A stretch of 64,000 nt of DNA from Actinomycetota bacterium (GTDB lineage Bacteria > Actinomycetota > Actinomycetes > S36-B12), in assembly GCA_009699315.1 (NCBI GenBank), contig WLOK01000001.1, positions 18,216-82,215 on the forward strand. The letters are read 5' to 3'. A model generated the notes under the pieces. That model saw only the letters and a list, made by a program, of their open reading frames with translations. It ran no database searches and was not told where the DNA came from. Shown one piece after another: positions 31,455 to 41,373 of this stretch (positions within the stretch are counted from its first letter, which is position 1; every line of letters begins with the position of its first letter). The translations under genes were made by a program, and so were the position numbers.

Positions 31455-32056
31455 ACGCGATCCAAGCTTCGTAGTGCCAAGCGCAAGAGGGCGGACACGT
31501 CGACGTTGTCATTTGCTTCCATGAGCGCTGCCTCGTCAGCTATGGCATCGATAGCCGCATCGGCTTCGCGTCCACTCCACCCGAGGGACACCAGCCCTGC
31601 GGAAACAGAATCACGCCAACCGGTGGGCGCAGAATCAACACGAGAATCCCCCACGGTTGCACTCAATTTGCCCGTGAGTTCGATCACGAGACGCTGCGCG
31701 CCCTTGCGGCCGACACCCGGCACCTTGGTGAGTGTCGCCAAGTCGGACCTATCAATCGCCCTGCGCAAATCGGTCGGGCTGAGCGTCGCGATCATCGCTA
31801 GTGCGAGGCGTGGTCCCACACCGGAAACAGTCTGCAGGATTTCGAAGTCGATTCGCTGTTCGGCATTAGCGAAGGCGTACATAGTCCAAGAGTCCTCTCG
31901 AACCACAAGGGCCGTGTGAACTGTCGCGATTTCTTCGGTGCGCAGATGGCTCAAGGATCCAGTAGGGCAGGTGAGCTGCATGCCCAGTCCACCCACATCG
32001 AGCACGACGCGTTCGAGACCGACTTCGACCACCCGACCGCGGACAAAAGCGATCAT
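31451..32056 (-). CDS. ruvA: Holliday junction DNA-binding protein RuvA
   Basis: I placed the start at the ATG at 32054-32056 ('MIAFVRGRV'), which overlaps the ruvC TGA (ATGA). The HhH motif '[15 protein letters not shown]' is present. The upstream 21-codon extension was rejected. Confidence 0.94.
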   Translation of the reverse strand: MIAFVRGRVVEVGLERVVLDVGGLGMQLTCPTGSLSHLRTEEIATVHTALVVREDSWTMYAFANAEQRIDFEILQTVSGVGPRLALAMIATLSPTDLRRAIDRSDLATLTKVPGVGRKGAQRLVIELTGKLSATVGDSRVDSAPTGWRDSVSAGLVSLGWSGREADAAIDAIADEAALMEANDNVDVSALLRLALRSLDRV

Positions 32057-32577
32057 GAGACCCGCGCCCGTTGTGCAGCAACCGCTTCGGCGAGCCGGTC
32101 CTGAGCGGGCCCTCGCCATAAATGGCAGATAGCTAGTGCAAGCGCGTCGGTTGCATCAGCCGGACGTGGCATCGCATCGAGTCGCAGTAGTCGACACACC
32201 ATGCTGGCGACTTGCTCCTTGCCGGCAGTACCTGAACCGCTAACGGCGGCCTTCACCTCGCTAGGCGTATGCAGGCCGACCGGAAGCCCTCGTCGTCCGG
32301 CGGCGAGGATGGCAACGGCGCCAGCCTGGGCAGTCCCCATCACGGTCCGGACGTTGTGCTGGCTAAAGACTCGCTCAACGGCCACCGCATCGGGACAGAA
32401 GGCGTCCAAGACCGCCTCGAACTCAATCTCGAGGCCACGAAGGCGCTGCGCCAGAGGGGCGTCTGGAGGAGTGCGAACGACGCGGACGTCGACTAGGGAG
32501 ACACGGCGACCAACCCCGCCATCGACAACAGCCACGCCACACCGGGTCAATCCCGGGTCAATCCCGAGCACACGCAC
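32053..32577 (-). CDS. ruvC: Crossover junction endodeoxyribonuclease RuvC
   Basis: 174 aa. It starts '[14 protein letters not shown]' and has the C-terminal '[12 protein letters not shown]'. Confidence 0.96.
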   Translation of the reverse strand: MRVLGIDPGLTRCGVAVVDGGVGRRVSLVDVRVVRTPPDAPLAQRLRGLEIEFEAVLDAFCPDAVAVERVFSQHNVRTVMGTAQAGAVAILAAGRRGLPVGLHTPSEVKAAVSGSGTAGKEQVASMVCRLLRLDAMPRPADATDALALAICHLWRGPAQDRLAEAVAAQRARVS

Positions 32578-32626
32578 GACGCCTCCTTTCGAACAGGTGT
32601 TCGCTAGCGTAGCGTCAAAAATCTAC

Positions 32627-34090
32627 CTACTGGCGTACCGCGCGCGCCTTCGGCGTGCCGTCCCCCTGATGCGTGGCGGCCAGCGGATCCCAGGGGCCAA
32701 CCGGCTTGCCGGTCACTTCGGCGAACCCGGCACGAAGATCTTCTACGAGGGCATCAAGATCGGGGACAGCACGGTCATCGGCCGAGAGACCGACAAAGGC
32801 CGAACCGTCGTAGGTGATCATCGTGACGTTCACTGCGGCGCCAATCGTGGCCACCAACGGGTAGACCCCCACCATCCGCGCTCCAGCGAGGTACAGCGGA
32901 ATTGGCGGTCCCGGCACATTGCTGGTTGTCACATCACTTGTCTTCGCTGCTTGGGCCAAAATCGGCACCGGCACAAGCCAACTCACATCAGCTAACGGAT
33001 CCGCGAGACGCAGGGCGGGCTCGGCGCGCCACCGATCGACCTGCTCGTGGGCACTCTCCATGCGCTCCTCCACGGTCAACCCCGCGATAGGGAGCAGGAA
33101 ACGAGCGATAGTGACCGCGTTTGCGGCCTGACCGCTGCGATCGCCTGGGTCACCGCGTAGCGAAATGGGCACGTTGAACCGCAGTTCATCTACCGGCTGA
33201 TCATGTCGGGCGTGATAGCGATCCAATCCGGCGCCCACCGCTGCCATGAAAGCGTCATTGACACTGCGGTCGTGCGCTTTAGCGACTGCTCGCATTCCTT
33301 CGAATGGCAAATCAAAAGCTGCAAAATGGTAGGTCGTGCCACGCCCGATCATCACTGGAGACATAGACCCATCAGGCAGCGCAGTGAAGCGTCCTACCGA
33401 AGCGGCTACTTCGAGAGCCTTGGTCCACGTCGCAACTGGATCTGTTACTGAGCCGATTGCGAGTCCCGCGAACAAAGTGGCCGCACCCTTGACCAATTCG
33501 GCACCACGCTTGAAATTGTCACCAAGATTGGCCAACGTCACTTCCGGTGCGGACACCGCATCGGGTTCGGGCACTTGCGGAATCTCAGGTTCCATCGGGT
33601 TGCCTTCAGGCGTGAACTCAAAGAGTGACATACCGATAAGAATCGTTGCCTGGCCATCCGCGATCGCGTGATGCAACTTCAACAGCAGCGCCGCGCGTTT
33701 GCCGGGCAGTCCCTCAACCAGACAGGCTTCCCACAAAGCGCGATCATGGTCAAAATCCGTGAGACTCATGCGCCGTGCTTCTTGCAACACGTCCGCCCAG
33801 GATCCGCGACCGGCCAAGCGATAGCGGCGCACATGGACATCGATGTCAAAATCTGGATCAGGGCCAAGCCTCGGTGCCGACAGACCCACTGCGCCGTGAA
33901 GTGGCTTCATTCGCAGGGCCGGGACTAGGCGGGTAAGCCGCTCGAGTCGCTGCCGAAGACGATCCCAGTCAGGCACTGAATCGAACAGAGCTAGGGCCAC
34001 AACTGTCGAACGCAGAGTGGGATCACCGCTTGCCGTACGCCAGGTGGCTGCATCCCACCCGGTGAGTTGGTGACCGATGCTCTCGTTCAT
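32627..34090 (-). CDS. Wax ester synthase/diacylglycerol acyltransferase (WS/DGAT) family protein
   Basis: 487 aa. The catalytic motif HHxxxDG is present as 'LHHAIADGQA', and the C-terminal 'NVPGP' motif is present. Confidence 0.88.
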   Translation of the reverse strand: MNESIGHQLTGWDAATWRTASGDPTLRSTVVALALFDSVPDWDRLRQRLERLTRLVPALRMKPLHGAVGLSAPRLGPDPDFDIDVHVRRYRLAGRGSWADVLQEARRMSLTDFDHDRALWEACLVEGLPGKRAALLLKLHHAIADGQATILIGMSLFEFTPEGNPMEPEIPQVPEPDAVSAPEVTLANLGDNFKRGAELVKGAATLFAGLAIGSVTDPVATWTKALEVAASVGRFTALPDGSMSPVMIGRGTTYHFAAFDLPFEGMRAVAKAHDRSVNDAFMAAVGAGLDRYHARHDQPVDELRFNVPISLRGDPGDRSGQAANAVTIARFLLPIAGLTVEERMESAHEQVDRWRAEPALRLADPLADVSWLVPVPILAQAAKTSDVTTSNVPGPPIPLYLAGARMVGVYPLVATIGAAVNVTMITYDGSAFVGLSADDRAVPDLDALVEDLRAGFAEVTGKPVGPWDPLAATHQGDGTPKARAVRQ

Positions 34091-34102
34091 GAGCCAAGCA
34101 TC

Positions 34103-34855
34103 TCAGGCATCGAGCTCAGCAAGGACCTCATCACTGATATCGATATTGCTAAAGACGGCCTGCACATCATCGCAATCCTCGAGCGCATCCACGAGTTTGA
34201 TGACCTTTTTGGCAAGTTCGACATCGGCAGGCACAGTCATGCTCGGCACAAACGTCGCTTCAGCGGAGTCATAATCAATGCCGGTTGCCTGCAGGGCGGT
34301 ACGTACTGCAACCACGTCAGTGGCCTCGGAGATGACCTCGAAAACCTCACCGAGGTCGTTCACTTCTTCCGCACCAGCATCCAGTACCGCGTCAAGAATG
34401 GAATCTTCAGTCGAGCCCGCCTTGGGGACGACAACAACCCCCTTGCGGCTAAAGAGATAGGACACCGAGCCGGGATCAGCCATCGACCCACCATTGCGAG
34501 TGAGCGCCACTCGAACCTCACCGGCTGCGCGATTGCGATTATCGGTGAGACATTCGACAAGGACAGCCACGCCGTTGGGTCCATATCCCTCGTACATGAT
34601 CGTCTGGTAATCGGCTCCGCCCGCTTCCTGACCAGAACCGCGCTTGACCGCGCGCTCGATATTGTCGATCGGCACGGAATTCTTGCGAGCCTTTTGAATG
34701 GCGTCGTACAAGGTGGGATTGCCAGTTGGATCGGCACCACCCATCTTGCAGGCTACTTCAACGTTCTTGATCAGACGCGCAAACAATTTGCCGCGCTTAG
34801 CGTCCTTGGCCGCCTTCTGATGCTTCGTCGTCGCCCATTTGGAATGGCCGCTCAT
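34103..34855 (-). CDS. YebC/PmpR family DNA-binding transcriptional regulator
   Basis: 250 aa. '[28 protein letters not shown]' is the invariant YebC N-terminus. Confidence 0.95.
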   Translation of the reverse strand: MSGHSKWATTKHQKAAKDAKRGKLFARLIKNVEVACKMGGADPTGNPTLYDAIQKARKNSVPIDNIERAVKRGSGQEAGGADYQTIMYEGYGPNGVAVLVECLTDNRNRAAGEVRVALTRNGGSMADPGSVSYLFSRKGVVVVPKAGSTEDSILDAVLDAGAEEVNDLGEVFEVISEATDVVAVRTALQATGIDYDSAEATFVPSMTVPADVELAKKVIKLVDALEDCDDVQAVFSNIDISDEVLAELDA

Positions 34856-35457
34856 CCCTGCCTCACCATCTCAACGAATAGGGCGTGTACGCGCCCGTCC
34901 CCGGTCAGTTCCGGGTGAAATGCTGTCCCCAGAGCCTTCCCCTGGCGAACAGCGACGATTCTACCGGTGGCCGGGCCATCTTCGACACGCGCGAGGACCT
35001 CAACATCAGGGCCACATTCCTCGACCCACGGCGCCCTTATGAACACGGCATGCAATGGCCCTCCGGGCACCGCAGGCATATCGAGATCGCACTCGAAAGA
35101 ATCCACTTGACGTCCAAAGGCGTTACGCCGCACAGTGACATCTAAAGCACCGAGAGTCTGCTGATCAGGACGACCGTCGAGAACGCGCGTAGCAAGCATG
35201 ATGAGCCCCGCGCAGGATCCATACACCGGAAGGCCGCCCCGCACGGCGTCAATGAGCGGCTGCAACAGCCCGGTACGCACTGCCAGCATCGACATCGTCG
35301 TGGACTCCCCGCCAGGAATCACGAGCCCGTCGACATGTGAAAGTTCCTCTTCGGTACGGACACGGCAGGTCCGGGCACCGACGGCTTCGAGTGCTCGTTC
35401 ATGCTCGCGTACGTCGCCTTGGAGCGACAGCACCCCGACGAGCGGGGATGCAATCAC
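34852..35457 (-). CDS. pdxT: Pyridoxal 5'-phosphate synthase glutaminase subunit PdxT
   Basis: 201 aa. '[13 protein letters not shown]', the catalytic 'GSCAGLIML' and the 'FHPE' tail are present. The GTG start overlaps the pdxS TGA. Confidence 0.95.
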   Translation of the reverse strand: MIASPLVGVLSLQGDVREHERALEAVGARTCRVRTEEELSHVDGLVIPGGESTTMSMLAVRTGLLQPLIDAVRGGLPVYGSCAGLIMLATRVLDGRPDQQTLGALDVTVRRNAFGRQVDSFECDLDMPAVPGGPLHAVFIRAPWVEECGPDVEVLARVEDGPATGRIVAVRQGKALGTAFHPELTGDGRVHALFVEMVRQG

Positions 35458-36350
35458 CAGCCCCGCTCCTCCAGCCGGTGATGCACCGGAATATCTGCCA
35501 CGTTGATGCCGACCATGGCCTCACCGAGACCGCGCGATGCCTTCGCCACAACATCGGGATTGTCCCAATGCAGAGTTGCTTGGACAATCGCGTTAGCGCG
35601 CTGAACTGGGTCACCGGATTTGAAAATGCCCGAACCCACGAAGACACCTTCCGCGCCGAGTTGCATCATCAGCGAGGCGTCGGCTGGTGTAGCGATGCCA
35701 CCTGCCGTGAACAGGACGACGGGGAGTTTGCCGGCAGTTGCAACCTCGACAACAAGGTCATAAGGCGCCAAGAGTTCTTTGGCTGCGACGTAGAGTTCAT
35801 CACGGGACATGGACGACAGTCGTCGGATTTCGCCACCGATCTTGCGCATGTGCGTGACCGCATTCGACACGTCACCAGTTCCGGCCTCACCTTTGCTGCG
35901 GATCATGGCCGCGCCCTCGTTGATGCGACGCAAGGCTTCGCCGAGGTTGGTGGCACCGCACACGAAGGGAACCGTGAACGCCCACTTGTCGATGTGATTG
36001 GAGTAGTCCGCAGGGGTAAGAACTTCAGACTCATCGATGTAGTCGACGCCCAGCGACTGCAGAATCTGTGCCTCAGCAAAGTGACCAATGCGCGCCTTGG
36101 CCATCACCGGGATCGAGACCGTCGCTTGGATCTTCTCGATCATCTCTGGGTCGGACATGCGAGAGACCCCGCCTTCGGCGCGGATGTCGGCCGGGACTCG
36201 CTCCAAGGCCATTACGGCAACAGCGCCGGCGTCCTCGGCAATGCGGGCCTGCTCAGCATTGACCACGTCCATGATGACGCCGCCCTTGAGCATCTCGGCC
36301 ATGCCCCGCTTGACTCGTGTTGTCCCGGTGCTGGTCTGTGCGCCTGACAT
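35454..36350 (-). CDS. pdxS: Pyridoxal 5'-phosphate synthase lyase subunit PdxS
   Basis: 298 aa. '[45 protein letters not shown]' is essentially the PdxS consensus. Confidence 0.97.
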   Translation of the reverse strand: MSGAQTSTGTTRVKRGMAEMLKGGVIMDVVNAEQARIAEDAGAVAVMALERVPADIRAEGGVSRMSDPEMIEKIQATVSIPVMAKARIGHFAEAQILQSLGVDYIDESEVLTPADYSNHIDKWAFTVPFVCGATNLGEALRRINEGAAMIRSKGEAGTGDVSNAVTHMRKIGGEIRRLSSMSRDELYVAAKELLAPYDLVVEVATAGKLPVVLFTAGGIATPADASLMMQLGAEGVFVGSGIFKSGDPVQRANAIVQATLHWDNPDVVAKASRGLGEAMVGINVADIPVHHRLEERGW

Positions 36351-36409
36351 TGATCACTCCTCGACGTACGATTCCCGGTCGTCCGGCCGGGAAACCCAGT
36401 CTAGGCCTG

Positions 36410-37453
36410 TTAGCCGAGGACCGCTTTCATCTGGTCATTCACCAGCAGTACCCACGGCTGCCCGATGGCAAACGGCATCGGCGATCCATCGGCAAGGGTG
36501 AAGGTCGTGCCGCCGGTCGCCTCGGGGCGGTTCCAGGTGGTCTTCCAGACTAAGCCGTCGCGTAAGACCAAGGCCTGGCCCGTGCCGACCGTGTGAGCGA
36601 GCGGCGTGTGGCCGCCATACATGTCGCCATAGCCAGAGTCAGTCTGCTTCACGTACTGGATCACGACTGTTGAGGCTGCCTGGCCGCCGCCCTCGGCAGC
36701 TTGGGCGAGGTTGCCGTCGAAGGACACGACATAGCCCTGCCCCGTCTTCCATTCAAAGGACACATGGGAGTCCGGCCACCGGACCGACACCGTGTTGGCG
36801 ACCTCGCCACCCGGTGGAGGCTCCACCGCGAACTGGAACCCGATGTCGCGAGCCACGGAAGCATCGGGAGCAAGCTTGAGCAAATCCTTCGGTCGCACCA
36901 TCTCGTTGTCAGGTGACCGCCGAGAGTCATCTCGAAAGTACGCCTGCGATGCCGCTTCAGCTGATTCATTGAACAGACTCGCGGCCGCAATCACTGGCTG
37001 CATCTTCTGTTGAGCACCGGAGAAAGCAAAAATCGGTTTGCCGTACTGCGCCAGCAATTCGATGTCACTGATGCGCGCAGAACGAACCGGGCCAACGACA
37101 TCAGGGACGTTCGAGCTGAAGACTGCAGCAATGCGTGTCAGACCCCACTCCACCTCTTCGACGTAGACGATGTCGGCTTGAGTGAGACCCGCGTGCGGTT
37201 GCGCGCGACCCGTGTTGGGAATCTTGATGACCATCACTGGCTTGGCCACCCAATTGGGTCGTCCAGTGAACGGAGACCGATCGGCCGTCGTGACAGATGG
37301 AGTGGGAGATCCCGGTTGTGACGAGGCGCTCGAAGAATTGGAGGACGCCGCTCCCGACGAACTAGCGTCACCTGCAGTCCCACTCGAACATGCCGCCAGA
37401 GAGACACTGCTGAGACCGATGCAAGCTGTCAGGACAACAAAGCGCTTCTTCAC
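36410..37453 (-). CDS. Lipoprotein, DUF3048-like
   Basis: The signal peptide plus lipobox is 'LTACIGLSSVSLAAC', followed by a Ser-rich linker. 'DIVYVEEVEWGLTRIAAVF' resembles DUF3048 proteins as I recall them. Confidence 0.6.
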   Translation of the reverse strand: MKKRFVVLTACIGLSSVSLAACSSGTAGDASSSGAASSNSSSASSQPGSPTPSVTTADRSPFTGRPNWVAKPVMVIKIPNTGRAQPHAGLTQADIVYVEEVEWGLTRIAAVFSSNVPDVVGPVRSARISDIELLAQYGKPIFAFSGAQQKMQPVIAAASLFNESAEAASQAYFRDDSRRSPDNEMVRPKDLLKLAPDASVARDIGFQFAVEPPPGGEVANTVSVRWPDSHVSFEWKTGQGYVVSFDGNLAQAAEGGGQAASTVVIQYVKQTDSGYGDMYGGHTPLAHTVGTGQALVLRDGLVWKTTWNRPEATGGTTFTLADGSPMPFAIGQPWVLLVNDQMKAVLG

Positions 37454-37477
37454 CTCACCACACTAAGCGGCAAACGG

Positions 37478-38026
37478 TCAGGAAGCCGACACCAGCGGTG
37501 GGGGCGTGTCATCCATCTCCACGGTCTGGGGCCACGACGTATGGCCCGCCAAGTGGAACCACCGGGCCATCCGCAGCGAGCGCACCTGCCGGCACGCCCG
37601 CACCGCGTCATTGAGAAAGCGCCGGGACAGCTCCACCCGGCGACAAGCAGCAGCCAATTCTTCGAGAAATACCGCGCCCTCAGGGTCCCGTTGGATCTCC
37701 AGTACGTCCTCAGGGTCTTGAAAAGCCAGAGACAGGATGCGCGAGAGATCACTTTCGGCAATCTCTCGCTCACGAACACCGGCAGCAGCCGAAGTGCGAG
37801 CCGTGTGGGCTGCGTCAGTCAACACCGCGCCCAGTGCTGGATCCACAAGCCCCGATACCGCGAGATCAATCGTTATTGCTGTGCGAAGTGCGAGTTGCGC
37901 ATCTAGCGCGCGCTCCGCAGACTCGATGCGCAGGTGAAGGCGATCGAGCCGCCCCGCAGTCATGCTGAGATAAACGCCAAAAAGTAGAAGCACCGCAGCA
38001 AACGCGAGCAGCCACCACCAACTCAT
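37478..38026 (-). CDS. Membrane-anchored hypothetical protein
   Basis: 182 aa. It has an N-terminal TM ('WWWLLAFAAVLLLFGVYL') and a helical, Arg/Ala-rich cytoplasmic part. Its ATG overlaps the pimA stop (ATGA). I recognise no motif. Confidence 0.5.
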   Translation of the reverse strand: MSWWWLLAFAAVLLLFGVYLSMTAGRLDRLHLRIESAERALDAQLALRTAITIDLAVSGLVDPALGAVLTDAAHTARTSAAAGVREREIAESDLSRILSLAFQDPEDVLEIQRDPEGAVFLEELAAACRRVELSRRFLNDAVRACRQVRSLRMARWFHLAGHTSWPQTVEMDDTPPPLVSAS

Positions 38027-39207
38027 GAGTTGCTCACTTCAGTGGACTTTGAACGGGCAAGTCGTCCCACAATTTGGCCACGAAGATCCTCTTTCACCTT
38101 CACTCCAGGCAACACAACTGATTCGTAGACCGCGATTACTTCACGACCCACGCGCTCCCAATCGAAGTGTTTGGCGCGTTCGTAACCGACAGTTGCCATA
38201 TTCTTCCGTGTAACAGGGTCTTGCAGAAGCGCACACGTCATATCGGCGAGCGATTGCGGATCACCAGTCGTAAACATCCGCCCGCATCGTCCCTCATCGA
38301 GTACACGACGAAACGCCAGAAGATCACTCGCGACAACAGGCGAGCCACTGGCCATCGCCTCGAGCAGCACAATGCCGAAGGATTCTCCCCCGGTATTGGG
38401 CGCGATAAAGGCGTCAATCGAATGGAGCATGCGTACCTTGTCATCGTCGCTAACGCGCCCGAGGAAGACAAAATGCTCGTGGAACTCCGGCGGGACAGCG
38501 CTGAGTGCCTCTTCGGGATCACCGGGGCCCGCGACGAGGACTTGCAGATCGGGAAACTGGGCAACGATTGCGGGAACGGCTCGCGCAAGGACGTCGAAGC
38601 CCTTCCGCGTTTCGTCGAGGCGCCCGAGAAATCCGAGCGTCCCCCCGGAGCGCGGATATCCCGGCAAGGTCGAGGGGTCAGCAAAATTGGCAACATTCAC
38701 ACCATTGGCGATGAGTACGGCGTCACCTCCGATGTGCGCGACTAAGGTCCGCCGAGCCTCCTCACTCACCGCGATCCGCGCAGAAACCTTCTCCATCGAA
38801 ATCTGTGCAAGATAGAAGGCCGCTGACAACGCTCGGGAACGCGCCATCGACGAATGCCACGTGGCCACGATGGGACCTTGAGCCACCCAGCAGGCGAGAA
38901 CCGAAAGGCTTGGGCTTAACGGCTCGTGCACGTGGAGCACATCGAAATCGCCCTCTTGAATCCACTTGCGGATTCGACGAGTCGCCTTCCAGCCGAAATT
39001 GAGTCGAGCAACCGACCCGTTGTATGCGACTGCAACCGGTCGACCACCATCAACGACGTAGTCAGGCAACACGCCTTCGCCATCGAATGGGGCAAGCACG
39101 CTCACCTCATGTCCCTGCCGGATGAGGCTTTCGGAGAGATCCCGCATATGCACCGCAACCCCACCGGGCACATCCCAGCTATACGGGCAGACCAGCCCGA
39201 CTCTCAT
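38023..39207 (-). CDS. pimA: GT4 glycosyltransferase, phosphatidylinositol mannosyltransferase PimA-like
   Basis: I placed the start at the ATG at 39205-39207 ('MRVGLVCPYSWDVPGGV'), which overlaps the stop of the upstream acyltransferase. The GT4 'E..G.V.LEAMA.G.PVV' motif is present. Its position after pgsA and the acyltransferase matches the PIM locus. Confidence 0.85.
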   Translation of the reverse strand: MRVGLVCPYSWDVPGGVAVHMRDLSESLIRQGHEVSVLAPFDGEGVLPDYVVDGGRPVAVAYNGSVARLNFGWKATRRIRKWIQEGDFDVLHVHEPLSPSLSVLACWVAQGPIVATWHSSMARSRALSAAFYLAQISMEKVSARIAVSEEARRTLVAHIGGDAVLIANGVNVANFADPSTLPGYPRSGGTLGFLGRLDETRKGFDVLARAVPAIVAQFPDLQVLVAGPGDPEEALSAVPPEFHEHFVFLGRVSDDDKVRMLHSIDAFIAPNTGGESFGIVLLEAMASGSPVVASDLLAFRRVLDEGRCGRMFTTGDPQSLADMTCALLQDPVTRKNMATVGYERAKHFDWERVGREVIAVYESVVLPGVKVKEDLRGQIVGRLARSKSTEVSNS

Positions 39208-40109
39208 CGCGAAATCTTTCGTGGCGAGAGATCTGAGAGCCACAGAGGTTGCATCATGTGCCAATCTTCGGGATGAGCCGCGATCCCGGTGGCAATTACG
39301 TCAATGTATGACTGGGATAGCGCCGCAACTTTGTCTGCACGGGTTCCCATTGCTGGCACAGAAATTGGTGCGTGAATCTCCGCCACTAACGTCTCGCCCT
39401 CGTAGTACAGCGAGGCGGGGAGGAGCGGTGAGCCGGACATTACCGCGAGAACAGCAGGTCCTGGCGGAATCTTGGTAACTTCGCCAAAGAGCAACACCTC
39501 CACACCGTTGTGACTCAGATCGCGGTCAGCAAGCAAGGGCACGAACGCATTCTCCCGAAGTGCACGCAATAAATCACGCACAATAGCGGGCTCCCCTAGC
39601 GGCAGGATGTCCATGCCAAGGGCATTGCGATAAGCCAGAAACTTCCGATAAAGACCCTCAGGCCTTAGCCGCTCCGCAACCGTGACGAGACGGCCATGAG
39701 TGAGAGCCAACCAGGCGCCCGCGTGATCCCAGTTGCCGCTGTGCGCCAGGGGCAGGACTGCTCCCTTGCCTGCGGCTTTCGCCGCGATCAGATGTTCTTC
39801 GCCTTTGATCCGGATGGGGTCCACGATTCGTTCACGGCTCCAACTGGGAAGACGAAAAGCGTCGCACCAGTACCGGAAATACGAACGCATACCCGCTCGC
39901 GACAATTCACGAAGCTCGTCGTAGGTCAACTCGGGACGCACCCGACGAAGATTTCGTTCGAGTTGTTGTACGCCGGTCCCATGATTTGCCCACGACCGAT
40001 CCGCTAGTCGCCGAAAGGTCGCATAGGCTGCTCGCTCCGGCATCCGGTTTACGGCTTTCCAACCTAAGCCGAAACCAACATCGGCCGCAGCCTCACGCCA
40101 ATCAGTCAC
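39204..40109 (-). CDS. Lauroyl/myristoyl (HtrB/LpxL-family) acyltransferase, PIM acyltransferase-like
   Basis: 'NLRRVRPE...LPLAHSGNWDHAGAW' is the HtrB-family pattern. I placed the start at the GTG at 40107-40109, overlapping the pgsA end by 8 nt. The longer ORF-track start would overlap pgsA by about 190 nt. Confidence 0.8.
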   Translation of the reverse strand: MTDWREAAADVGFGLGWKAVNRMPERAAYATFRRLADRSWANHGTGVQQLERNLRRVRPELTYDELRELSRAGMRSYFRYWCDAFRLPSWSRERIVDPIRIKGEEHLIAAKAAGKGAVLPLAHSGNWDHAGAWLALTHGRLVTVAERLRPEGLYRKFLAYRNALGMDILPLGEPAIVRDLLRALRENAFVPLLADRDLSHNGVEVLLFGEVTKIPPGPAVLAVMSGSPLLPASLYYEGETLVAEIHAPISVPAMGTRADKVAALSQSYIDVIATGIAAHPEDWHMMQPLWLSDLSPRKISR

Positions 40110-40716
40110 GTCGCTGCCACAATTGCTTGCGAACGAAAACCATCCGTTGGACCACAGTGACAACGGACAACACGGCCAACACGATGAGAGCCGCCTGCAA
40201 GATGAATGGAACTCCAAACCCCGCAACGAAAGCCGCAACAAGGGCAATGATGAGTCTCTCTGCTCGCTCCGCGATACCGGTGTTAGCCGTCGCACCCACA
40301 GCCTCGGCGCGCGCCTTGGCGTACGAGATAACTTGCCCCGCGATCAACGTGATCAAGGCAGCTGCGACGATCCACGGGGACTGGTGGTCGTACATCGTCC
40401 AGAGCAAAAGCCCGCCAAAGACGGCACCGTCAGCTACTCGATCGAGTGTCGCATCAAGGAAATTCCCCCACGGTCCGGACGTGCCGGACATGCGAGCCAT
40501 CGTGCCATCGAGTAGATCGCTAAAAATGAAGGCAGCGATGACAAGCACCCCCACCACGAATTTGCCCTGAGGGAAGAACACCAGGGCTCCAACGCATGCC
40601 CCCACAGTGCCAAAGACGGTCACCGCGTCGGGGGGAACGTGCAGTTTGAGAAGGCCACGGGCAACGGGATCGATAACAACCCCGACGACACGTCGAGCAC
40701 CAGCGTTGTTGAGCAT
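40102..40716 (-). CDS. pgsA: CDP-alcohol phosphatidyltransferase (phosphatidylinositol phosphate synthase-like)
   Basis: The CDP-OH-P transferase motif is 'DLLDGTMARMSGTSGPWGNFLDATLDRVAD'. I chose the ATG at 40714-40716, which has GGGAG 5 nt upstream. The ATG at 40746 is an alternative. Confidence 0.85.
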   Translation of the reverse strand: MLNNAGARRVVGVVIDPVARGLLKLHVPPDAVTVFGTVGACVGALVFFPQGKFVVGVLVIAAFIFSDLLDGTMARMSGTSGPWGNFLDATLDRVADGAVFGGLLLWTMYDHQSPWIVAAALITLIAGQVISYAKARAEAVGATANTGIAERAERLIIALVAAFVAGFGVPFILQAALIVLAVLSVVTVVQRMVFVRKQLWQRRD

Positions 40717-40798
40717 CTCAACTCCCGCCCGAATCGCCGTGGCCATCGAAGCGCCCACCTGAACGCCGTGACGACAGACTATCGGGGAGGATGGTGTC

Positions 40799-41368
40799 GT
40801 GGCCGGAGCTGACGTACGAGTAATTGCGGATCGCACCCTCGTGCTCGAGGTGTCCGCGGCCGACCTGCCCGACGCCCCAGGGGCATGGTTGACGCTCTGG
40901 GATGAGTGGACCGAAGACCGGCGCCCCCGAGTTATCGTCGTTCACGACGTCGACGCGTCCAGCGAGGACCTCGAAGACGTGGCTGCGGTGTGTCAGGAAT
41001 GGGTAGGCGAGGACTCAGCCTTGGTCCTTCGCTACCTGCCTCTCCACGATGACGACGGCTCTCTAGCAGGCTTATTGGACCTGCTGACCGAAGAGGTCCG
41101 GGATTATTCCTCGGGCCACCTGAAGGTAAGCCTGTGCGATCCGGAGCACCGGGCGCTCACCGCCGACGCCCGTGCCGACTTGGTCACGATCGTGGCCACT
41201 CGAGCCGAGTCCGATGACGTCCTTGATGCTGTCCTGCGTCTAATGCCGGTCGATTTGCGCGGTGAGTTCGCGCGACAGTTCGCTTCAGGCGAAATCGTCC
41301 CGGTGATCCCCGTGGATGTGGTGGGCGAAGCCGAACTCCAAGATCTCCTCGACACACTGAGCCTCTGA
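40799..41368 (+). CDS. Highly acidic hypothetical protein
   Basis: 189 aa. The GTG start lies 7 nt after GGGGAGGA. The protein is very Asp/Glu-rich ('DVDASSEDLEDVAAV', 'LHDDDGSLAGLLDLLTEE'). I recognise no motif. Confidence 0.55.
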   Translation: MAGADVRVIADRTLVLEVSAADLPDAPGAWLTLWDEWTEDRRPRVIVVHDVDASSEDLEDVAAVCQEWVGEDSALVLRYLPLHDDDGSLAGLLDLLTEEVRDYSSGHLKVSLCDPEHRALTADARADLVTIVATRAESDDVLDAVLRLMPVDLRGEFARQFASGEIVPVIPVDVVGEAELQDLLDTLSL

Positions 41369-41373
41369 GTCGC

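Noticed and set aside
32201-32995. 264-aa + strand ORF
   Set aside because: It is antisense across ruvC and the WS/DGAT gene and crosses their intergenic gap. It has no motifs.
35337-36347. 336-aa + strand ORF
   Set aside because: It is fully antisense to pdxS, whose product is near-consensus. Its composition is Arg/His/Gly-rich. This is the typical high-GC shadow ORF.
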